DNA of 64,000 bases from Eledone cirrhosa (taxonomy: Eukaryota): NCBI GenBank assembly GCA_964016885.1, contig OZ024742.1, forward strand, positions 272,366,001 through 272,430,000, read 5' to 3'. The notes beneath the pieces are model-generated. The model saw only the letters and a program-made list of their open reading frames with translations, searched no databases and had not been told where the DNA came from. Below, one piece after another: positions 12,799 through 25,269 of the stretch. A program made the translations under genes and the position numbers. Position 1 is the stretch's first letter, and every line of letters starts with the position of its first letter.

Positions 12799-15002
12799 GA
12801 CCCCCATCCTCCTCCGCCTTTACTCCACCTGCCACCCCCTCCTCGCCCAAGCCATCCTCTCCTTCATCCACAACCTCAACCACAACCTCTTCTCGTTCCT
12901 CAGCTCCACCAAAGCCCGCAAGCTACACTCACTCCTCCTCCCATCCACCACCACCCGCCCATCCCCATACGCCCACCACTCTCTACCTCTCCCTCGACCC
13001 ACACCCCTACCCAATCTCCACCCTCCACTTCACCCCTCACCACACCCCCCCAAACACCCAAACCCCACCCCTTGTTGTCACCATACCCCCTGACCTCCCC
13101 CTCTCCGCACCTGAGCGCTCAGTCCTTAGTAGAGGCCTTCGCTTCATACCCCACACTCCGCACAGCGACGAGTTCCGCACGCGAACGGAAGTCGAGCGAT
13201 TCGTGCGAGGCACTAAGCTACAGGCACATTTCGGCCGAACCCCACCGTCTCCGGACGCCCCAGACCCGTTTCTCGCCCTGGGCCGACGACCATCTTCTTG
13301 GACGCCGGCCCCAGGGCAATTTAGCACCCTGGACGCCTTCGTCGATGCCAACCTTATCGCCTCCTCCCTCCCCCCCACCGCTTCCCACCTCATCGTCCGC
13401 ACCCCCCGCACCCCCACCATCTACTTCCTCCCCAAAATCCACAAACCCGACAACGCCGGCAGCCACATCGTCTCCGCTTGCAACTGCCCCACCGAACTCA
13501 TCTCCGCCTTTCTTGACTCCCTCCTCACCCCCCTTGTCACCACCCTCCCCTCCCACATCTCTGACACCAACCACGCCCTGCGCCTTTTCGACTCCTTCAC
13601 CTACCTACCCGGCCCACAGCCCTTCCTCTTGACCCTAGACATCAAGTCCCTCTATACAGTCATCCCCCACGCCGACGGCCTTCGCGCCCTCAAACACTAC
13701 CTCGACCTTCGCCCCTTCCCCATTACATCCACCCACCCACCCTCCTTCACCTTGCCGAGCTGGTCCTCACTCTAAATTGTTTCTCCTTCTCGGGTGAGTT
13801 TTACCAACAGGTCACGGGGGTAGCCATGGGCACAAGAATGGGCCCGAACTATGCCAACCTTTTTGTTAGCCATGTTGAGGCCCAAATCTTTGCCCAGTAC
13901 ACCGGCCCCACGGCCGAACTGTACGGTCGTTACATTGACGACTGTATCGGAGCCACGACCCTCACCCGAGAACAGCTCGACTCCTTTCTCTCCTTCTTCT
14001 GCTCCTTCCACCCCTCCCTCCACTTCACCACCTCTATCTCCACCACCCACGTCCACTTCTTAGACATCTCCGTCGCCTTCGACCCCTCCCACCACTCCCT
14101 CGTCACCTCCGCCTTCTTCAAACCCACCGACTCCCACTCTTACCACGACTTCACCTCTTCCCACCCTACCCACACTAAACACTCCATTCCCTACTCCCAA
14201 CTTCTCAGGATCCGCCGCCTCTGTAGCCGTGATGCTGACTTCGAGTCCCAGGCCCTTTTCCCTAGTCACCCATTTCATCCGCAGAGATTACCCCCCTCTC
14301 TCGTCTACACCGCTCTCACCCGCGCCCGTGCTATCCCCGCTCCACCACCCTCACCCCACGCCACCGCACACCCACCCACCGTCTCCCCTTACCTATCACT
14401 TACCAGCCCTCCACCTTACCCCTCCACCGCACCATCCGCCGCCTCTTCCGAAGCCTCCAGTCCGACCCCTCCACCTCCCACATTTTTCCAACGCCACCAC
14501 TCCCCTCCTTCAAACGCGGACGCAATCTCCGCACCCTCCTCGTCCACAGCTCCCTACCCCCCAACCCACGCTCTGTCCCGGCCCCGGTTCCTTTCCCTGG
14601 TCTATGCCCCGCTGCAACACCTGTCCCCACATCACCAACACCACCACCTTCCAGGGTCCCAACGGCCACTCTCTCTCGGTCCAGCATGCCTTCCGCTGCA
14701 CCTCCTCCAACCTAGTCTACGGGCTTCGCTGCACGGAGTGCAGCGCGACTTATGTCGGACAGACGGGACGTCGCCTGGCGGACCGAGTCACGGAGCACCT
14801 CCGGGATATTCGTCTCGGGGGCAGTTCCCCCATCGCCCACCACTTTGGTGGCCCTGGACACTCCGCACGCCATCTCACAGTCTGTGGCCTACTCCAGTGC
14901 CACGGAACACCCGCCCATCGCCTTACGGTCGAACAACGAACTATCTTCATCTTACAGACCAACACTCCCCCCGGCCTGAACACCCCACCCTTATACCTTT
15001 AG
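12799..15002 (+). pseudogene. PLE RT-GIY-YIG ORF with several frameshifts
   Basis: Consecutive motifs are spread over ORFs 12788-13093, 13203-13775, 13826-15043 and 14229-15002. Confidence 0.88.
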
Positions 15003-15038
15003 CGTTCGACCGCCCCCCTCCCCCCATAATTATCCCCC

Positions 15039-15505
15039 ACTAACACCACTAACACACCCCTCCTTTTCACCGCCCACCCCACACTAACAATACTAACACC
15101 TCCACTCCACCCCTCATCTGACCACCCTTCCCCAACTAACATACTAACATCCCTTCCCTCCCCCTCTTCCCCTTCCCCTCCTTATCACACGCACACACGC
15201 ACCCACTTAAACCACCCACCCCACACGCAACTAACATCACTAACACCCCACAACCCCACGCACACGTACCCACACACCCTCATACACCACCAACTCTACA
15301 CACCCTACCACCACTAACCCCCACTCACACCTGCATTCAACCCCTCACCACGTCCCGTATACTAACACCCACTAACACCTCTTCACCAAACTACACACAC
15401 ACCAGTACACCACACTCCCTCCATAGAACCACACACACCCTTCTCTCCCCGCTCCACCCATACACCCGCTCCACACTCACTCATCCCACTAACACCCCTA
15501 CTAAT
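15039..15505 (+). promoter_or_regulatory. Array of seven ACTAAY doublets in the PLE 3' UTR (STAR/QKI-response-element-like)
   Basis: ACTAAC at 15039/15048, 15083/15092, 15135/15143, 15230/15239, 15313 (+ACTCAC 15323), 15361/15371, 15488 (+ACTAAT 15500). The motifs are seen directly; their function is inferred. Confidence 0.45.
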
Positions 15506-16320
15506 ACACACACACACACCCTCCTCACTCCAACTTTCACACCTACCCATCCTCGCCCCCTTACCATTCCAGCGACTGCTGCTATGCCGTTCTGACCACC
15601 TCCCAGCACCAACAGACCACAGCACTCCCACTGCTGACCACTTCCTGTTGCGTGCGCACCCCACATTTCTCCTCTTCCGACCACCGCTTCATGGATTACC
15701 CACACGCAGAAATTGACTTATAACCAATCCTCCAAAATCCTTGGAACTTACCAACTTTTCAACCATCTTCTTACGTCATCACCTATATAACTCACCCACA
15801 CACACACCCGAAACTTTTTTTTTCTCCACACGCCACCCACACCCACAACACGCTTAAACCCCACACATACGTGCTTCCCACCACATATTTACACCCTCAG
15901 CCTCCTGATTCCTCTCCCCCCATACCCCTATCCACACACGCACAGACACTCCGACCCACAAAAACACCCCCCACACACACCTCTTCCTGAACATGCAACC
16001 CCGTTCTTCCCCCAACCCTTACTTTCACATACACACACACACACACACACACACGCACACCTACACACACACACCACCTTCAGCCCTCCCCGCTCGGACA
16101 CCCCGTTTCCCTCTCCCCACTCCACCCGCCACCACCCCTACTCACCCCACACCCTTCCACCACCTGTTTACCCCCCTTTTAATTTCAGTTTATTTTGATC
16201 ATGCTTTATTATTATTTTTTATCTTTATTTGTTAATTTTTCATTCGCACCGTTTCCTTTCGCTATATGTCTCTCCACCACTCCCCTACACACCTTTTGAA
16301 CTCTGTTCCCACACACTTCT

Positions 16321-16354
16321 CACCTGAGGAAGGGCTTATGCCCGAAACGTCGTC
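16321..16354 (+). ncRNA. Minimal hammerhead ribozyme motif of the C-rich PLE
   Basis: CTGAGGA-A-GGGC-ttat-GCCC-GAAAC-GTC; palindromic ACGT stem III; stem I only about 2 bp. Confidence 0.7.
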
Positions 16355-16441
16355 CCCCACCTACCCCTCACTCTCCTGAGCGTGAAATTAATAAACATTT
16401 ATTGTACTGCCTCTCTGCTTTGTCCCTGTTCAAACTTTTTC

Positions 16442-16505
<64 letters not shown>

Positions 16506-16507
<2 letters not shown>

Positions 16508-17130
16508 GGTTATATTTAATTTGTTGGTGTTCAACAAACTTAAACATTTTATAACTGATATAATAAGAAATATGAAATAGTTTAAGATGTTAAAGTCCTT
16601 TATTGATAATGCTGTGATACATATTTCAATGACAACAGTGGCCACACGATTCCGTGTACTGTGTGCCATGACGTCATCAGACATCTCCGTACATAATAAA
16701 GTTACGTTCCAGAGGTAATCCAAATTGAAACGACAAGGGAACGGACAAGGCGCGTGTTCTTGAATCCATCCGCCGTTCCCTTGTGAGCCCCAATTCAATT
16801 CCTCAGTTTTGCGCAGGCGCAAAATGGAAGAAACCATCCACTACGCCAAACTCAACGAAACTAGCCTAGGCAAGTTCTCCCCACCCTCAACCAAATAATC
16901 ACCCCCAACCAGGCCGGTAATATGACACTGTTAAAGTTTACTGCTATTCGCCGTGCGAGTGGCAGTTGAACGAAACCTATTCGTTTTAATTTGGATTGCC
17001 TCGGGGACGTAACCTTATTTTTTTCGCTTATACATAATCTGTAATTTTCTAATAATACGATGATTGGATATTGACAATGTGTATTTAACTCTGAACTGTC
17101 TTTCGCCAATCTTGGTCTGTATACCATTAA
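16506..17130 (-). mobile_element. Solo pseudo-LTR of a Naiad-related PLE (upstream boundary uncertain)
   Basis: 16508-16562 resembles the Naiad 3' tail at 53066-53120. An HHR plus AATAAA sits at a similar distance from the end, and the segment abuts (TA)n. Confidence 0.55.
16611..16685 (-). ncRNA. Type I hammerhead ribozyme with extended stem II
   Basis: gaTGT-CTGATGA-cgtc-ATGGCA-c-ACAGT-ACACG-gaat-CGTGT-ggcc-ACTGT-TGTCAT-t-GAAA-TATGTA-TC-ACAgc. Confidence 0.7.
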
Positions 17131-17699
17131 CTTAACGCTTTAAACATCTGAGTGTTGGAATTTGCTTGAAGCATCGTGAATAGGAAATATAAACTTTAGT
17201 CATTTATAAAAGCATACAATCCCTTAGAAAATTAAAGGTGCCAAGATAGCAATAGAATCTTACCTTAGCAAATTTAATAAAATCAAATATTTTCGGGTTT
17301 AAGAACCCATTATCAAGGGAGTATCACTGTGAAGGTCTAAAATGATCGATAGGATAGGAATTGTTGTGAATGTAGATTAAAGTTAAATATAATGAAAAAC
17401 GTTAAAACGTATAATGAAACACGTTAACATTCCGAGCGTGCCTGTATGCCTGTGTGTGTGAGTGCATGCATATGTGTGCCCGAATGTGCGTGTGCTGAGC
17501 GGGTTGTATGTATGTGTGTGCATGAATGTAAGTTTATGTAGTGAAAGGCGTGTGTGCAAATATGTATATAATAAAAAGGGAAAAATAAGTTTGTGATATG
17601 TGTATGTTTGTGTGTGCGCCTCTGTGTGTATGTTTAGTGAGGACGTAGATATAATTTGAAAAAAAAGAATGAAACAAGCAACTAGGATGCTGGAATAAA

Positions 17700-20690
17700 G
17701 GCAAGACCATCAGCGGTAGAAGATGACGGAGGCCACGTACACGTTTGCCACTTCCTCCCAACCTTTCAAGGAAAGTTTGCTGTTCGAACATTTCTGGGTT
17801 AGCAGGCTCAATTCTTATCCACCTGGAACAATGGTCCGAACCAAACCCCAAGCAACTTTACGGGTCCATCTGTCCAGCAACCGAAGACGCTGTTTGGTGC
17901 AGAGATGTAAGCCCACCGGCTTTTCCGGCTTTAGTTTCACTACCATCAACATTTCATATTCATCCAAGAGGGTGCCGACAAACCCGAATTCTGTGGTATT
18001 CGAAACAATCAGAGTAATGTCATCGACGTATGCCGACACTGACCTTCCGCGTCCCAGTTCGATCGGGATGCCATGCAACAGCTCTATCTTCCGGAGTAAA
18101 GGCTCAATAGTCAATACGTACAGAAAGGAGGAGACAGGGCATCCTTGAAAACTGATCTGGATATCTGAAGCGGTTCCGTAAAGTGGCCATTAACTCGGAC
18201 AATCGAGCAGATGCCGCTGTGCATTGCAGCGATCCAGCCTCTGAAGACAAAACCGAAACCAGCCGCCATGAGGAAAATCTCCATGTATCGATGGTCGACC
18301 CTATCGAAAGCTTCCATTTATCTAAATTGATCAGAGCCCAACCGAAACTAGGTTTACACTCTACCCACTCTATGATTTACCGCATGAGGTGGTGGTTGTC
18401 GTGTATGGACCTGTTCAGGCATGCACAAGTTTGAGCCTACCCTACCAAATCCTCGACGACAAGTGCAAACATCTTCGCTAACACATTTTCCAAACACTAA
18501 AATATTTCCAGACACATAAATAAGCCTATCCGTCCTGCCCCAATCAGCCAGCAGTCTAAAAGCCCCACCTTCACTATTATTAACATCTAGGTCCACGAGA
18601 TACCTTCCGGTTACAAGAAGATCGGCCTTACCTCGAGGCCCATGACTTACCTAAACATTACTACCACCCCGCCTCCTATTACAGGCAGATTAACAGATGC
18701 GTAGATCTTAAAGTCGTCAAGCATATGGGCTAGTGTGTGCATGTTGGAAATCCTTGTCTCCTCGCTGAAGACTGTCACATCCACGGCTGTTGACATGAGG
18801 TTGTTGACCCCAGGCCACGAACGTTTATGCCTCCCACTCGTAACGTACATTTGTTCGTTAGAAAAAGGAGAAAGGGAGAGGGTTACTTACAATTCGGGTG
18901 CTGTTGGGGGTCATCTTCGACCTCCATTTCTGGTTGTTGGGCTTCCTTTAGGAACCCCTTCAGAAGCCTACTTGAATCTTTTACACCGGGTGTTCCTATG
19001 TCGTTGGGGAATCTCCCCCTATATATCCGTAGATTTCTAAAGGCATCCACACCAGGGAAAGTGCACGTAGCACCTTGAAGGTACAGGTGATGAATGCCTC
19101 CCCCCCCGCCTTCTGTATTTCCTTCATTCGTGTTATGCGGTCCATTAAATTTTTGTTCGATTTCCTCATTAACACGAGGTTAGGTGTTGCCGTTGTTGTG
19201 AGTTGCTGTTGTGTTTGTTTTCGTTTATTTCTTGTAATTGGTTGTGTTGTTGTTGGGGTGGTGTTGGTGTTGACGGTCGTGTTATTGTGGGGTGGCAGTG
19301 CTAGTATGTGTGTCTGTGAAACTCAACGAAACTAGCCTAGGCAAGTTCTCCCCACCCTCAACCAAATAATCACCCCCAACCAGGCCGGTAATATGCCACT
19401 CGCACGGCGAATAGCAGTGTGTCTTCTCTATTTGCTGTTGTTTGTGTCAGTGAGTGAGATTTCTTCTTGGGTTTTCCTTTTTGTATTTTACGTTTTAGGG
19501 TTTCTCCTCATCTTCACTCGGGGATGAACAGTTTGCTGTATTTGAGTCGGATGTGAGTGGATGCGTGTATAGTGGTGTGTAGATTTCAATGGGTCTGTGT
19601 GTGTGCGTGTGTATGTTTGTGTGTGTATTCAAGTGGGGAGCGTGGGAGCTTATTTGGCTGGTCACGTCTGTTGTCATTGTGATCCTTGCAGTTGTTGTTT
19701 TTGTTCTTGGTATTGGAGGTTATGTGGTTGTTGTAGGTGGAGGTGTTGGTCTTGCTGGTACTGCTGCTACATATTTTGGTGCTAGTACTGTTGTCGTTGA
19801 CTGTTGCAGTTGATGTTTTTGTTGGGGCCTTGGTGGTGTCAATTGATCTGCGGTGCGGGTACAGCTCATCAACTTGTAGCTTGCCACAGAGTTGACAGGG
19901 GGTTCTTTCCCTTCTACAAAGATTCTTACTTCCTTTCCTCCTCGAAGGGTAATCACGTCTGGGATCTTGTCCATTGTCTCTGCTTCTATGTTGAGTAGCA
20001 TCTCCAGACAGTTTCTGGACCATGATTCCTTCTGCCGTCTTTCTTTTCCAGGAGGGAGTCATCAACCGCCAGCGCAATGCAAGCTATAACTCATCTGATG
20101 TTCATTCTTGGCGGGAGCCCAAGTATTCGTACGGTCACTGTTCTTGTTCCCATGTGGGAAGGGAACATTATATGGTCCGTGGATAGCACTCGACGGACTG
20201 AATTCTTTCTAGAGAGGGCCTTGCTTCGGATACGCACCACGATACAACCATATCTCTTGTCCTTTTCCACTTGTTCAATGTCTGGTATCAAGTCCTTCAA
20301 AGCTGCCTGTACCTCAGATCGAGGGGATAGTTCTTTTTTTCTGGATTTGATGCTGATATATTTATAAGTAATGGTGAATCTTTCGGTGTCTTCAAACACA
20401 TCTCCCGGAGCACGTTTGCGTGCTGTATGTCTATGAAAGCTGATGAACTTAATAACCACTTTTTTTTGTTGGGGGGGGGGGGGGGGCAATAAGTCCATTT
20501 TATGGTATACTGTATTTTTCTCCGCTGTCGCAGCCACATATTTTTTGTCGTTGCTATTGTTGATGCCGTTGGTAGTAACATTGCTGCTGCTGTTGATTTC
20601 ACTGTTCGTACAATGGTTTTCAACGGTGTTGATGCGGCTGCTCAAGCTGTTAACCATGTCACTCTTGCTGTTGATTTCATTCACAATCTT
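17700..20690 (-). mobile_element. Degenerate L1/Tx1-clade LINE (ORF1, APE endonuclease and RT fragments)
   Basis: AFDRVDHRY and SAYVDD RT motifs; endonuclease-like ETRISN; ORF1-like RTVTVRILGLPP and IPDVITL...CQLCG. Confidence 0.8.
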
Positions 20691-21705
20691 TCTGTAGCTT
20701 TTATTAACGTCTACTCTTTTTAACCAGCTCCATATCTGTTCATCTCTGAACTCCGTTTTCTTTAAAAAGGTGCTATGATGTGATTTTTCATGAAGGTTGC
20801 TCTTCCACCATGTTGTTCCTTCCTCCTTGGAAATGCCTTGGTCTATTGTCTTCTCCTTCAATACAATTTTGAGCATTCGTTCCCTACTCTCAGGCACGTA
20901 CTTTGGAGTAGACTGCTCTACTCCATCAAAACATAGTCCTCTACGTTGATAAGGCATCACCTGAATTTAGATTTCTTTAAGTAGAATTTATCTTCATCAC
21001 TCCTCCTGTCAAACATTCTGTAGGTAGTCATTAGCTTCCTAGTCATTCTAGTCATTTTTTTTTTAGTTCAGAAACATTCCATTTAAAATTCCTGCACTCT
21101 ACATAGTAATAGACACATAACGGGAATTTACTGTACTCATGACATTCCTAATATTTAGATGTGATTTTCGTATGTTCCTTACGCTTCTTGTGTATCCAGA
21201 TCTTACCAATTCCTTCATTTCATTGTTCTTATTAACACCAAATTCCATACATATGTCATCGCTGAAAATACGGACATGGTTTTACTTCGTCCATGAAAAG
21301 GAGGTAGTTGATGGTTTGCTCTCCTCTTCCCAGCATGTATCCTGCTTTCACTCTTTGTAATATAAGGGATAAGGGTATGAGCAGACAACAAATTGGACAA
21401 TGTATCTCCTTTGGAGATACCTCTCTTGATCCTCATTCCCCACAAGGATTCTCCACCTGTTGTTAACTCTGTCTCCCACATCTTCATACTTTTTAATAAA
21501 TAGATGTGCCAATGTTATCTGCCATCTTGAAGATCTCTAGGATTTTGTTTATCGAAGAATGAGGATCCATGTCGAATGCCTTTTTGTAGTATATCCAATC
21601 AATGACAATACCAATATACCTCCTCTTGCTATTCATTTTTACTATATTGTCAATAGGTAACAGGTCTCTTGTACCACGGAACTTCTTTCGGCATCCTTTC
21701 GACAT
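20691..21705 (-). mobile_element. Degenerate R4/Dong-type LINE fragment (same family as 40386-44909)
   Basis: KGCRKKFRGTRD, WIYYKKAFDM.PHS, IKRGI..GD.LS; flanked by (ATT)n at about 21710. Confidence 0.8.
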
Positions 21706-21731
21706 CCTTATTATTACTATTATTATTATTA

Positions 21732-24700
21732 TTAGTGGAGTGGGACGGGCATCCGAATCCCAGATCCAAAATGCTTTGGGACATGTGCGGGATCAAAAGG
21801 CCCACATCAGACGTGGACAAAATATGGAACCGTGCACGTGTACTTTGGAACTCCACAGGAAGACAGAGAGCATTCCATGGCCCCATTAAAACGTTACGAG
21901 TTCACACTCGTCCCTAGCTATTGTGGTCAGAGGCACGTAAGAATCAGGGTGTCCTAGATTCCGCCGGCCATTGAAATTCCCTTGCTGATGGCTGCCGTTC
22001 TCGCCAACATCGAGGCCGACACAAAAGTGATCGAGGTGATCAAAGTAAAACAGGAACACTGGTCCGGAGGTGGCATGCATCTCCTGATCCAAGCGTTGCA
22101 AAGAAAACATCCAGGAGATTCCAGAGCTGATATACCTCAATGATGACAGCCACTTCACCTTAATCATAGGAGGTAGAAAGCCTAGGTGTGTCGTTTGTGG
22201 CGAAGGAACCCACATAAAAACCTTCTGCCCTCAAGGGCTGGCTAAACAATTGAGGCCACTTCTGCTGCCCACCCCAGTAACTCAACCATCAAAACCAACA
22301 GCAGAAATGGCAGCAACAACTGTAGCAGCAATGACAACTGCAACTGTAGCAGCTACAGTAGCTAGACCAACACCTTCACCGCTCACCGCACCAGATGTAG
22401 CACCATCACCTCCTCCATCCACCACGCCACAACAACACCAACGCCTGCAGAGGATTTTCCACTCCCCGACCTCTCACGACTGGAAACAGACTGCGACGAG
22501 AAGGAGGAAGAGTGGGAAACAGAATCTGAAAAAAAAAGAAACCAGAAAAGAAAGATTCCTCTTCTTTCGCGCTCCCAAATCAAAATACAGGGCAAAACAA
22601 ACAAACTAACAAAAAAGTTAAGACAGCTACGAAGCACGAAGCACGAGGCTGCGTTGTCAGAACTAGGGTGCGTGCTCTCAGAAACGAGGGGACGAAAGCG
22701 TTTATGGGTCCGAGTGGCGGAGAGGCGACGTGTCAACAAATCCACGATCAGGTCTTTGGAGGGCAACGACTGGCGCATGTTACTCGAACCCGAGCAAATA
22801 TGTACGGCTATTCAGCGGCAGTACGCTCAGCTGTTATGGGGCAACGTTGGGTCGGATCGGGGGTGGACATTGGCGTCAACCTAGACGAGCTACCGCGGCT
22901 CTCGCTCACTGTGTTGTAGCGTTGCGGGAGGCCGATAAAAGTCGCTGAATTACGAGTAACAATGACTGACGGCACGATGGGTTAATCACCTGGTTTGGGT
23001 GGTCTGCCTACCAGCTTTACTTACGCATCCAATATTTCTTCGGCGACCTCTTGGCAGATATCTACTGCAACTGGCAACAGAACCAGAAGATTCCCAGGTA
23101 TGTGAGCCGATGAGCGATAGCGGTACTTAGAAAGAAACCGAACAAGCGTGTCAAGATAGATAAATTCAGGCCCACAAACGCGCTAAGCGCAGTGTTCAAG
23201 ATGTTTGCCAATGTGCTAGCAAAGGGGTTGGCGCTTGTCGTCGGTGGTGTGGTGGAAGATGCGCAGACAAGCACGATTCCAGACAGATCCAGCCATGACA
23301 ACCCCCACCTCATGCGATACATTGTGGAGAGGGTAGCTAAGGAACCTGGCACGAGAGGGGCTTTGATCAATTTAGATTAGTCGAAACGTTCGACATCATC
23401 TACTATCGTTACCTGGCGGCAGTCCTGAGGGCGGATAGCTTTGGGCCCGTCTTCAGAGGCTGGATCGCTGTCATGCACAGCGATATTTGCACTGTGGTGA
23501 GAGTGAACTGTCACCTTTCGGAACCGTTCAACATTATGCACACGTCTACCAAGGATGTCCCCTCCCGTCCCTGTTGTGCGTATTGACACTCGAGCCATTA
23601 CTGCAGAGACTGGAAACATTGAATAGTGTCCGGTGCGAACAAGCATGCGGGAGAACCTAGTCAGCATATGCCGACGACATCAACGTAATGGTATTAATGC
23701 CAAACACATCGAGGCGATCTGCACTACACTAAGACAATATGAGGTAGTGACAGGAGCAAGGATTAACCAAGAAAGGTCAGTCGGTCTGCAGCTCGGCACC
23801 TGGAGAATCAGGTCCATGCCGTCCAACAACGTCATCGGGCACTGGATGGACGGACCGGTTAAATTTCTAGGGGTCTGGTTCGCTCCGGACCTCCAGACAG
23901 ACAAGAACTGGGACGAGTTGACGAGCAGGGTGGTCTCTCTCACTCAGAGATGGGCAGAGAGGAAGCTATCCCTGAAAAGTCAAGTGGAGGTGGCGAACTC
24001 GTGCATCGCGTCCATCATCTACTACCGCCTCACCGTCGTGCCTTGTCCTAAGCCTCGCTTGACTGCGCTGAAGCGTTTACTCCTTCGCTTGTTTGTGGAA
24101 GGGCGCGTTCCGTTGATCAGGCGATACATCTGCTGTCAACACCCGCTACGTGGAGGGTTGGGCCTGCCGTGGCTGATGATGCGTAGACATCCGTTCAGGC
24201 TACGACATCTCCATCTCTGCCTCGACGGTGATCAGGTCGACGAAATCAACTAGCCAATCTCTTCGGTAGAACTTTCGGTCCGGGGCCCATGGACAACTCC
24301 AGAAATCCCTGGCCTGGTAGTGCCAGCGAGGAGCCTTGCCAATTCAGGATAAACTCCAGAGGCATAGAAGTGCCGTCAGCCGGGCCTGTCCGAGATGCGC
24401 ACAGGGCGACGAAACGGTCCGGCAGGAATTCGTCCAGTGTCCGAGTATTGCTGACTTGTGGGTTTATGTCGAACATCTGCTGTCGTGTGTAGGACGGATC
24501 AGGCTCTCAGCTGAGACCATGCTGATAATTGCTCCGCCGTTTTCCTTTTGCCGTGAAGGGCAGGCAGTTTTTATCTGCCTGGTGGCCATGGTGAAAGTGA
24601 TTGCATGGTGGACACGTCTGAAAGGGTTAGAAACGGGTACTTTCTTCTTCGGTGACGTCTTCATTAACATTTTCAGGTTTCACCCGAAAAGGAAAATCAG

Positions 24701-25075
24701 GGTGGAGAGGAATGTGCTGCCTTCCAACCAGTTTGTTGAAAGGTGGGTGAGAGAGGCAGGAATGAGGTCGGTGAACGGGCCTATCCTGAGCGGTTGCCTG
24801 TAAAATCGTAGGAGGAGAACTGGAAGAGGGCACTTGTCCTAGCGAGCAGGGTAACCGTGGCTTTTTGGGGGCTTTCTCCACGAGTGACCCTCGGAAGTTT
24901 CCTCACTATTGGGGAATTTTTTATTGTTTCTCTTTTTGTTACATCCTCTGTTTTTTTTTTGTTTTTTTACACGCAGAAATGCCCATTTGTACGCTCCTGT
25001 AGTGTCCAGTGTTGTCCTTAATTTTATACTTTGTCTCAACCATTGTGGTTAATAAAGAAAGCATTATTATTATTA
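21732..25075 (+). mobile_element. Degenerate L1/Tx1-clade LINE with internal deletions and an intact 3' end
   Basis: ORF1 zinc knuckle CVVCGEGTHIKTFC; RT region (KMFANVLAKGL, AYADD, GGLGLP); C-terminal CPRC...C; 3' UTR ending aataaagaaagc(att)n. Confidence 0.85.
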
Positions 25076-25077
25076 CG

Positions 25078-25185
25078 AGCCGAGGTTAATTTTGCCTTTC
25101 ATCCTTACGAGGTCGATAAAATAAAGTACCAGTAATGTACTGGGTAATTGCTGACCTTGTGCCAAAAGTAGAAACAATTATTATT
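25078..25185 (+). mobile_element. SINE 3' fragment
   Basis: gccgaggttaattttgcctttcatcc...gtagaaacaattatt. Confidence 0.8.
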
Positions 25186-25269
25186 ATTGCTAGCCCCTCT
25201 ATGTAGTATGCATATTGGTATTATCCGCAAATATATATATGTAAATTGATAAGTAAATTAACAATATCT

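Larger units (their letters stand above)
12799..16443 (+). mobile_element. 5'-truncated, extremely C-rich Penelope-like element (Neptune-like) inserted in (TA)n
   Basis: RT motifs (YFLPKIHK, TLDIKSLYTVIPH, GVAMGTRMGPNYANLF, RYIDD, FLDI, FKPTDSH). GIY-YIG with zinc-knuckle linker (PRCNTC, FRCTSSNLVYGLRCTECSATYVGQTGRRL). HHR and AATAAA near the 3' end. Confidence 0.92.

Noticed and set aside
15039-15505. Telomeric repeats
   Set aside because: The motif is ACTAAC in spaced doublets, not tandem CCCTAA
18240-18262. HHR core CTGAAGA...GAAA
   Set aside because: No stem II or stem I; lies inside Tx1 RT coding sequence
20091-20960. 289-aa ORF as a novel gene
   Set aside because: Chance in-frame fusion of a Dong fragment with a Tx1 ORF1 N-terminus
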